Source: a virus
Direction: 5' to 3' (one strand)
Virus record (IMG/VR): IMGVR_UViG_3300037104_000592
Coordinates: 18,377-82,376 of that record
DNA: 64,000 bases
In this document: in pieces, positions 29,993 through 37,550 of the stretch
Position numbering within the stretch: the first letter of the stretch is position 1
How the letters are laid out: the number at the start of each line of letters is the position of its first letter
Program-made: the position numbers and the translations under genes
The notes under the pieces: model-generated
What the model was told of the DNA's origin: nothing
The model's input: only the letters and a program-made list of their open reading frames with translations
The model's database searches: none

Positions 29993-32616
29993 TGGCCGAG
30001 CAAATATCACCTATATTTATTGATGAAAATACAATTAAAGAAATATTTATAAATAGAGATTATACAAGACTCATAAGATCTTCTTATGATTCTAAAGCTA
30101 GAGATGTAAAATTGGATGAAACTAAACCAAAACTTGTAACATCTAAGATGAGAACAATAGATTTTTTTAATAAATTAAATAGTACAGATAGTAAACTAAC
30201 AATTCTTCCTAGAAATTGTAGATTTACTAATAAAATAACTGATAGAACAATATACGTAATTGAAGATCCTCCTATGTTAAGAACAGTTAAATTTAATATA
30301 GGATTAGAATCTGAAATTGAAAATTTAAGGAATAATGGTTTACTTACAAAGTTTGGATATGAAAATTTTCTAAATGATAATCCAAGTCCACCTTATAAAA
30401 TACAACTTTCATTCCCGTATGTTATTTATATTATAACTTTTGGGCAACATAATGAATTTTCAAATATGAAGTTATTTTATAGATTGCATCCTTTAACTGG
30501 AATAAAAGATTATTTACTCACAAGTAATTTATTGAATGTAGATTCTAACGGTTCTGTATGTTTAGGTCCACAAAATTCAAAAGATGTTACAGAAGTAAGT
30601 GATAAAGTAGATAATATTATAAATTCTTTTTGGGGAAATGAGTTTAATAATGATATTACACATTCATATTTATCATATTCTAATCAAAGAGAAATTTCTA
30701 CAATTCTAGCGTGGAAATATTATTCGAAAGTTGATCCAATGTTTATATTTGATGTGGAGTGGATAAAAAATACATATAATTTAGACTCATTTTTAAATTT
30801 TAAAAATTCTGGTGATGATATAAGAAGTTGTGAAAATATAATGTATAAACTTGAAGAGTATATTTTATATGATAAAGAAGATGAAGGACAAAAAGTTGTT
30901 GATAGAAGATATACTTATACCAGTCTTCCATTATTTGAAGATGAACAAAAGGGTTCTGACTATCTTGTAATTGGAGATGAAATTATATTTGAAGGGAAAA
31001 AATATTTTATATATGAAATAGTTCATGAATCAGATGGAAAAATTATTGTTTCATTGGAAGACGAGAATGGAAAGTTAATTTATAAAAAATATAATACAGA
31101 TTTTAGAGACAAAATAAGAAAAGAAACTTTGAAAAATAAAGAGCTTACAGAAATTAAAATTGATGGTCTTACTGTAAAAAAAGGAACCGTTTTAGAAGCA
31201 TTTGATGGTTATAAAAAGAGATTAAAACATGTACAAAAAATAAGAAAGACCAGAGATGGAAAAATAGAAATACAATGTGAAAAAAGTTTCTACATGATTG
31301 AAGATGGGAGTTTAGCTGGAGTAAAAGTTTTTGATATTAATAATTTAACTATTTCTAATGGTTTAAAAATTGTTAATGGAAATAAGTACATGATTTTTAA
31401 TAATATAACTAATCCTATATTTGATATTCAAACTGGAATTTTTACAGATTTAAAAGTAACTAACGACACTGTCTACTATAATTTTAAATATGTCAGACCT
31501 GCTGATAAAAAAGAATCTACAATTAATTATAGTGGAGATACTCAAACAACTGAAGTTTTTGATTATGATGAAAAACTTTTAAATAATTCCATGTTTCCTT
31601 TCTTTAGACTTGGAAAAATGATCATATCAAATATTGATAAAGATTATAAATTTCATATAATTAAAGGAAAAGGTATTGGGGTTACATCTTCTTCGGGTAA
31701 TGTAATTGATAGATATGATTTTGGGAGATATTTAAATTCTGATAAAGATATAAAGGAGAAAATTTTAAAAGATAATAAATTAAGAATTCCATCATTTGAT
31801 TTGGATATAGAATTTGATATTGGTGATAGAGTAGTTATAGCTGATTATTCTAAATCTTTAAAATATATTACTACAATAAGAACTATAACTGGATTTAAAA
31901 TTGCAGGGGATAATCTTTTTGTAGATACTGTAGATGAAAATAATATACCAGAAAGTACTCCTTATATAAATTTTAAAATTTATGATAAAAGTTATATTTA
32001 TTCAAAATCTCCTAAAGTTAATATTGGGTTAATTAGAAAAATAATAGATAATGATTTATTCAAAAGAGGAACTAAAGTAAGACCTAAGGTAAAAGGAATT
32101 TCATCATTTAAGAAAAAAGATGTTCATGAAATAGTTGGACTAATTACAGATACTGGGTCTAAACCTATTATTCTATGTTCAAATGGTCATACAATTTGGT
32201 GTGATGAAAAATCACTTGAAAATTTTGAACTTATAGATAAGAAATCTAAATTATATAATAAATCAAAATTAACAGAAATATTAGAAAATGAAAAAATATA
32301 TTGTAAATTTCAATCTGGAGATTTAGCTGATATTAAAGATGTATATGATAGAACTTCATATGAAGATTCAATTCATCTTTGCGGTATAGGAGCAAATAAT
32401 AGAATAATATTTAAAATTTTAAATTCTTTAAATGTATATGGTTCATATAATAGATCTGGAAGAAGAATTATAAGTCAACAATATCAAACTATTCCTATGC
32501 CAAGATATTTACCAACAACTGAATTAATAAGAGGGATTGGAGTTATTCCTAATTATCATGGTTGGTTTACTATTTCAAATAATTCGCTGTTTAAAATACA
32601 ATTGGAGAAAATATAA
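29992..32616 (+). CDS. prokaryotic E2-like (Prok-E2 D / PRTRC-B type) domain protein with long beta-rich C-terminal extension
   Basis: LSFPYVIY...LFY...L....LLNVDSNGSVCLG...INSFW..EFNND (Cys about residue 190); first gene of E2-JAB-E1-Ubl operon. Confidence 0.75.
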   Translation: MAEQISPIFIDENTIKEIFINRDYTRLIRSSYDSKARDVKLDETKPKLVTSKMRTIDFFNKLNSTDSKLTILPRNCRFTNKITDRTIYVIEDPPMLRTVKFNIGLESEIENLRNNGLLTKFGYENFLNDNPSPPYKIQLSFPYVIYIITFGQHNEFSNMKLFYRLHPLTGIKDYLLTSNLLNVDSNGSVCLGPQNSKDVTEVSDKVDNIINSFWGNEFNNDITHSYLSYSNQREISTILAWKYYSKVDPMFIFDVEWIKNTYNLDSFLNFKNSGDDIRSCENIMYKLEEYILYDKEDEGQKVVDRRYTYTSLPLFEDEQKGSDYLVIGDEIIFEGKKYFIYEIVHESDGKIIVSLEDENGKLIYKKYNTDFRDKIRKETLKNKELTEIKIDGLTVKKGTVLEAFDGYKKRLKHVQKIRKTRDGKIEIQCEKSFYMIEDGSLAGVKVFDINNLTISNGLKIVNGNKYMIFNNITNPIFDIQTGIFTDLKVTNDTVYYNFKYVRPADKKESTINYSGDTQTTEVFDYDEKLLNNSMFPFFRLGKMIISNIDKDYKFHIIKGKGIGVTSSSGNVIDRYDFGRYLNSDKDIKEKILKDNKLRIPSFDLDIEFDIGDRVVIADYSKSLKYITTIRTITGFKIAGDNLFVDTVDENNIPESTPYINFKIYDKSYIYSKSPKVNIGLIRKIIDNDLFKRGTKVRPKVKGISSFKKKDVHEIVGLITDTGSKPIILCSNGHTIWCDEKSLENFELIDKKSKLYNKSKLTEILENEKIYCKFQSGDLADIKDVYDRTSYEDSIHLCGIGANNRIIFKILNSLNVYGSYNRSGRRIISQQYQTIPMPRYLPTTELIRGIGVIPNYHGWFTISNNSLFKIQLEKI

Positions 32617-33644
32617 TGTTTAAAATAGTTTGTTTAGATGGAACACAAAAAATACCAGAAGATGATATTTGTTATATTATAGCTAAGGGTGGGGTATATC
32701 TTAAGAAAAAAGTTGGAATGATTGAATCTTTAGCTCCAGTAAAGAATATTTCAATTTTAGAAGATGTTCAACCATATGCTAAAATGAATATTCCAAAAAT
32801 CTCTGGTGAAGATTTTGGAAAAGTTATGAGTTTTTTCAAAAAAGTTTATGAAGAACATAAATCTGAAGCAATAGTTCTTTTATATTATAATCCAAAAAAA
32901 GCAACTTATAAATTTTATGTTCCACATCAAAAAGTAAGTGGTGCTGGAGTTGATTATGTAAAAGGAGTTTCTATAGCAAATCATATTCAAGTAGGAACTA
33001 TTCATAGTCATGCTAATTTTTCAGCATTTCATTCTGGAACAGATGATAGTGATGAAGAACATTTTGATGGAATTCATATAACAATTGGTGATAACACCGA
33101 TGCTTTTCCATCTATCACTGCATCAATTGTTATAAATGGAACCAGATTTACAATAAATCCTATTGATTATGTAACAAAAATGGAAATTGTAGAATATACT
33201 AATTATTTTCCTCATATGTTCAGACCATCTTTCACAGAAATAAATGGAGTCAGAGAATATAAATCTAATGTAAAAACTCAACTTGGATATCAGCTAATGA
33301 TTTCAGACCAAGATAAAAAATTTAATGAAGCATGGTTAAAAATGATTGAGAATGTTAGACCTACTATAACTAATATCCCATTTTATACACAAGAACACTA
33401 TTTGGATTTATTTGATCCTAATAGAAAAGATAAGCAAGACAGATCTTATAGATACACATGGACTCCAGGTTCTACTAAAAAGAATAATCGTCCTGCTTAT
33501 AATCCTTGTGAAAGTTGTGTTTTTAAAAAATATAAATCAGACGATGAAAGAAAATCAATAACACAAGAGGACATACAACAAAGTTTCTCTGATATTTGGG
33601 ATGATTATAATGTGTATGATGATCCTTGGGGAAATTTAATATGA
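32616..33644 (+). CDS. JAB/JAMM metallopeptidase (deubiquitinase-like)
   Basis: SEA (catalytic Glu), GTIHSHANFSAFHSGTDDSDE = HxH-x7-S-x2-D, GIHITIG. Confidence 0.9.
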   Translation: MFKIVCLDGTQKIPEDDICYIIAKGGVYLKKKVGMIESLAPVKNISILEDVQPYAKMNIPKISGEDFGKVMSFFKKVYEEHKSEAIVLLYYNPKKATYKFYVPHQKVSGAGVDYVKGVSIANHIQVGTIHSHANFSAFHSGTDDSDEEHFDGIHITIGDNTDAFPSITASIVINGTRFTINPIDYVTKMEIVEYTNYFPHMFRPSFTEINGVREYKSNVKTQLGYQLMISDQDKKFNEAWLKMIENVRPTITNIPFYTQEHYLDLFDPNRKDKQDRSYRYTWTPGSTKKNNRPAYNPCESCVFKKYKSDDERKSITQEDIQQSFSDIWDDYNVYDDPWGNLI

Positions 33645-34345
33645 GATTTAATGATATTTCTATAGTGGGTTTGGGTGGAATAGGCTCAATTTTAAGTAAT
33701 ACTATTTCAAGATTTATAAGTAACGATGCTAGAGAAAATGATCCAAGACAAATTATAAATTTAATTGATGGAGATTATTATGAAGAAAAAAACTTAGTTA
33801 GACAAGAATTTTTAAGATTTGGAAATAAAGCAGAATCTAAATTAAATGAATTAAGACCAAAATTTAATAATATTGAATTTAAAGATTATCCATATTTTAT
33901 AGATGATATAACTATTTCTAGAATAATTAAAGATAAAGATTTAGTATTTTTAGCAGTTGATAATCATAAAACAAGAAAATTAGTAAGTGATTATGCAAAA
34001 AAACTAAATGATATAATTATAATTTCAGGAGGAAATGAGCTAGAAGATGGTAATGTTCAATTGTATATTAGAAAAGATGGAGAAGATGTTACTCCATCTT
34101 TAACTGATTATCATCCAGAAATCAGAAACCCAATTGATAAATTACCAAATGAAATGAGCTGCGAAGAGTTACAAAACTCTGAACCACAACTATATTTTAC
34201 AAATTTAGGAGTGGCAACTTTTATGGCTTTTGCATTTTACAATGTCCTAAAAGGCTCAAATAATTTTTCAGAAGTATATTTTGATATGAACACAATGAAA
34301 GCTGATTCAAAAACAAGAAACTTAAAAAAAGAAAAAGGAGAGTAA
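33641..34345 (+). CDS. E1 / ThiF-family ubiquitin-like activating enzyme
   Basis: VGLGGIGS, IDGD..E.KNLVRQ, NKA, AVDN..TR, SGGN, candidate catalytic Cys in MSCEE. Confidence 0.9.
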   Translation: MRFNDISIVGLGGIGSILSNTISRFISNDARENDPRQIINLIDGDYYEEKNLVRQEFLRFGNKAESKLNELRPKFNNIEFKDYPYFIDDITISRIIKDKDLVFLAVDNHKTRKLVSDYAKKLNDIIIISGGNELEDGNVQLYIRKDGEDVTPSLTDYHPEIRNPIDKLPNEMSCEELQNSEPQLYFTNLGVATFMAFAFYNVLKGSNNFSEVYFDMNTMKADSKTRNLKKEKGE

Positions 34346-34354
34346 GGATTTATT

Positions 34355-34828
34355 ATGGCTAAAAAAGTATATTCGGCAGAGGAACTTTATAACAAAACAG
34401 TATCAGAACTTCGTGAAATGTGTGTTAAGTTTGGGATTACGGGTATGAGTAAAAGGAGAAAAGATGAGATTGTAGATGCTCTTTGTGATTATTATGAAGA
34501 TACAGCACCTGAACCCCAAGTTAAAACACCAGTTTCTTCTTCATCTATCGTTTCTATGAATGCTCAACTTTCGAGTTATAGAAACCCCGATTCAAAAAAT
34601 GATGACGATAAATACATCACCAATATTTTTGTGTCTTGCGGCGCAGCTTCTGGAAACTTCCCAGTTGTTGGAAAGAAAGTTGGAGCAGTTGCTGAATTCC
34701 TAAGAGAAGTTCTTAATATCGACCGTTTAAGTGTTGGAGTTGTGAATGGTGAAGAAGTTGAAGATAGTTATCTTCTTGCATCTGGAGATTCTCTTGAATT
34801 TCTAAAAGCAGGTGGTCGTAAAGGTTAA
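34355..34828 (+). CDS. ubiquitin-like (beta-grasp) protein with N-terminal Rho-N/HEH domain
   Basis: N-term L..KTVSELREMC..FGITGMSK.RKDEIVDAL; C-term VVNGEEVEDSYLLASGDSLEFLKAGGRKG ending in Gly. Confidence 0.8.
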   Translation: MAKKVYSAEELYNKTVSELREMCVKFGITGMSKRRKDEIVDALCDYYEDTAPEPQVKTPVSSSSIVSMNAQLSSYRNPDSKNDDDKYITNIFVSCGAASGNFPVVGKKVGAVAEFLREVLNIDRLSVGVVNGEEVEDSYLLASGDSLEFLKAGGRKG

Positions 34829-34873
34829 TTTGTATTATTAAAAATATTATATTATAAAGAATCGGAGTTACTT

Positions 34874-35392
34874 ATGAAAGAAACACTAGATAAGCTTACA
34901 GATGAAGGTGTAAAGCAACTAAAATATTATTATAAGAAAACAAGGCTCTTTGGAAATATTTGCACTGTTTGTTTACTTATTGGAGAAAATAATGAACTTA
35001 TTTCAAGAGGAGTTTCTATTTGTTCATTATTAGATTCTCATAAAAAATCAACAGGAAAAAATATTGCTTTAGGAAGAGCAATAAAAGCTCTAAAAAATAA
35101 GAAAACAACAGATGAAATAAATCCAAATAGAGATTCTTTAACACATTGGATGTATACTAAAAATATAAATAAAAAAGATCCTTATTTTAGCGATATGTTT
35201 GAAGAAATTAAATATAATTGCTTTTCTACAAAACCTTTAAAAATTAATAAAGAAGAAGTTTTAAAAGTTGAAATACCAATGGATTTTCCATTGTATGCAA
35301 CTGTATCATTATTTACACATAAATCTTCATTTAAACCAACTCCTACGGATGAAGAAGTTAAAATAATTGAAAAAAGAAAAAAGTTAGATTAA
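34874..35392 (+). CDS. phage protein with Gp49-like (T.C..G.S.CS..D....G..IA..RA) motif
   Basis: CTVCLL...SRGVSICSLLDSHKKSTGKNIALGRA. Confidence 0.5.
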   Translation: MKETLDKLTDEGVKQLKYYYKKTRLFGNICTVCLLIGENNELISRGVSICSLLDSHKKSTGKNIALGRAIKALKNKKTTDEINPNRDSLTHWMYTKNINKKDPYFSDMFEEIKYNCFSTKPLKINKEEVLKVEIPMDFPLYATVSLFTHKSSFKPTPTDEEVKIIEKRKKLD

Positions 35393-35401
35393 ATTTTTAG
35401 A

Positions 35402-35569
35402 AAAATTGGGGTGGATAATCATACTGAATAAGTGGTTTTGAAACCTGGTACTAAGAAAGAGTGCGAACTCTGGGGCAGGAACCCAGATAGAAGCTTTAGA
35501 TGGCTCGATAGCTGACTGATAGATATTGCACCCAAAGTGCCTTATCCAGTATTATTCCACCCCAATTTT
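35402..35569 (+). ncRNA. candidate structured ncRNA (about 170 nt, multibranch)
   Basis: About 30-bp closing helix (aaaattggggtggataatcatactgaataag / cttatccagtattattccaccccaatttt) enclosing hairpins, including gagt-GCGA-actc; GC-rich relative to genome. Confidence 0.6.
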
Positions 35570-35581
35570 AGGAGATTAAAA

Positions 35582-35824
35582 ATGGGTAGTTATAATCAAG
35601 ATAAAGATGTTTTAATAAAAATGTTTGAAATGATTACAGATGAAAAGGGTTCTTCTCTAATGTTGTCTATTTTTTCATACGACAATGGACCGAAAAAATT
35701 AGCAATGACAAGATCATATAATAAAAAAGATGGATCTGTTGGATATTCTTCAGCAGGTAGATTAAGTCTTATGGAAGTTAATTTTCTAAAAGATAAATTA
35801 GATGAAATAATTAAAGAGATGTAA
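35582..35824 (+). CDS. PC4/YdbC-like ssDNA-binding / transcription cofactor
   Basis: AGGAGA RBS; L.LSIFSYDNGPKKL...R.Y.KKDG....GRLS..E...L pattern. Confidence 0.6.
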   Translation: MGSYNQDKDVLIKMFEMITDEKGSSLMLSIFSYDNGPKKLAMTRSYNKKDGSVGYSSAGRLSLMEVNFLKDKLDEIIKEM

Positions 35825-35851
35825 CCCTCCCGATAACTATTTTTGATTTAA

Positions 35852-35860
35852 AGAACAAAT
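35852..35860 (+). promoter_or_regulatory. candidate phage promoter motif AGAACAAAT (copy 2)
   Basis: Intergenic, about 10 nt before GGAGGA RBS of second E1. Confidence 0.4.
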
Positions 35861-35880
35861 AAAAGTCGTGGAGGAATAGA

Positions 35881-36756
35881 GTGTATAAAGATATAGCGAT
35901 TATAGGTTTAGGAAGTATAGGAGGTTTTTTATCGAGCAATATCATAAACATAGACACAATAAAATCTTTGGTTTTAGTTGATTATGATAGAGTAGAACTG
36001 GAAAATTTGAAAAATTCAATTTATAAAAAATCAGATGTTGGGAAATTTAAAGTTGAATGTGTATCTTCCGTTATAAAATTGTTCAATAGTGAAATAAATA
36101 TTACAGCAATAAAAGATAGATATATAGAGGGAAAAACAAAAATTCCAAAATGCGATTTAGTTATTGATTGTAGAGATTTTGTTTATGATAGAGGTTCAGA
36201 AATAAATATGAGATTATATATCTCTTCTAGACATTTAATAATTGATTGTAGAAAAGATATAAAATATCAATTACACTATGAAGGAAAATATATAGATACA
36301 TTAACAAAATCTGATATTTATTCTGCTACAGCTAATTTGTCAAGATTGATATTTAATGAAGAATTAAATGATATAATTAAAAACAATTTAGTTCATACAA
36401 TAGATATGGATGAATGCTTAAAATCAAGTGAAGAAACTTTAAATAACTATAATAATAAAATGGAAGTTGTTATGGATTATCATAAAAAGAATGATTGTTT
36501 CATAAATTTTCTTGAAAATGCAGAAAATATAATAAATTTCAATAAAAAAAGTGAAGTGAAAATTTGTCTAAACGATAAAAGATTTCCATTATCTACTAAA
36601 ATAATACCAAAAAATTATATTCAAAATGTAAATGACTTAAGTAAAAATTTTTTATCAATAATACCAGCTAAAAATCATAGTAGTTATATAGTTAAATCAA
36701 TTATAGAAAAAAATATTTGTTATGTAATTTTAATACCAGAAACAGGGGCTGCTTAA
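35881..36756 (+). CDS. second, divergent ThiF/E1-like protein
   Basis: IIGLGSIG, VDYDRVE.ENL, VGKFKV, IDCRD; lacks the RQ of NLxRQ. Confidence 0.75.
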   Translation: MYKDIAIIGLGSIGGFLSSNIINIDTIKSLVLVDYDRVELENLKNSIYKKSDVGKFKVECVSSVIKLFNSEINITAIKDRYIEGKTKIPKCDLVIDCRDFVYDRGSEINMRLYISSRHLIIDCRKDIKYQLHYEGKYIDTLTKSDIYSATANLSRLIFNEELNDIIKNNLVHTIDMDECLKSSEETLNNYNNKMEVVMDYHKKNDCFINFLENAENIINFNKKSEVKICLNDKRFPLSTKIIPKNYIQNVNDLSKNFLSIIPAKNHSSYIVKSIIEKNICYVILIPETGAA

Positions 36757-36758
36757 AA

Positions 36759-37100
36759 ATGAGCATAAAAACTATTACTATTGAGAAAAAAATAACACCA
36801 AGAATTGCTATTTATAAACGAGATGCCTTTGATATTTTAGAGGTTGATCCAGAATTCATGATAAATAAATATGAGATAACTTTAAAAGAATCAAAAGTAG
36901 TTTCTTTAAAATTATTTGCTTTACATCCAAATTGTAATCCAGATACTGGAGAATTTTGTTTAGGTCCTGACATAATTGAAAATCAAGCAAATGAATATCT
37001 TTTAGAAAAAGTTATTCCTTATACACTATCAGTATATAATTTAGATAGTTGTTATTTCAGGCCAAAAAATGGAAAAGTAAAATATGGAATAATGAAATGA
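36759..37100 (+). CDS. small E2/UBC-like conjugating enzyme
   Basis: FALHPNCNPDTGEFCLG matches E2 HPN-x5/6-G-x-(I)C-L; downstream L..YNLDS. Confidence 0.7.
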   Translation: MSIKTITIEKKITPRIAIYKRDAFDILEVDPEFMINKYEITLKESKVVSLKLFALHPNCNPDTGEFCLGPDIIENQANEYLLEKVIPYTLSVYNLDSCYFRPKNGKVKYGIMK

Positions 37101-37119
37101 TTAGAGAGGTGGTGATTAT

Positions 37120-37335
37120 TTGAAAAATGCAACCAGATATAAAGAGAAAGTTATTAATGTTGTATCTGATATTATTGATGAATTAGAACCAATTATAAAA
37201 AAAGCAGGGAATAGTTTTATACACTTTGCTAAAGAGTTATCAGAGGAAAAATTAGAAGAATTATTGAATAAAGGAAAAAATAAAGTAAAAAGCAAATTAA
37301 AAAAAGGAGAAAACAATGCCTCCAAAAAAGAATAA
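37120..37335 (+). CDS. hypothetical protein
   Basis: GAGGTG RBS, TTG start. Confidence 0.5.
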   Translation: MKNATRYKEKVINVVSDIIDELEPIIKKAGNSFIHFAKELSEEKLEELLNKGKNKVKSKLKKGENNASKKE

Positions 37336-37543
37336 GGATAAAGAGCAAAATTTCTTCAATGAATATTTTGAAAAAGAGATGACTAAGTTTGTAGACTCAA
37401 GAATAAAAGAAAACATTGAGAAAGATTCAAGTGAGATAGTTAGTACTTTATTTCCTTATATAGATAAAGTTATAAGTGATAAAATTAAAGAGCATATACA
37501 ATTTTTAGGAGAGACTTTAATAAAAACATTCAAACAGGAGTAA
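37316..37543 (+). CDS. hypothetical protein
   Basis: AGGAGA RBS; directly before beta'. Confidence 0.6.
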   Translation: MPPKKNKDKEQNFFNEYFEKEMTKFVDSRIKENIEKDSSEIVSTLFPYIDKVISDKIKEHIQFLGETLIKTFKQE

Positions 37544-37550
37544 AAACTAA

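Noticed and set aside
35402-35569. tRNA, RNase P, SRP or hammerhead identity for the structured RNA
   Set aside because: No cloverleaf/TTC arm, GAGGAAAGTCC, SRP domain IV or CTGANGA core; left as an unassigned candidate.
35537-35581. GTG start for the PC4-like ORF given in the track
   Set aside because: It lies within the RNA stem; AGGAGA plus ATG at 35582 is the better start.
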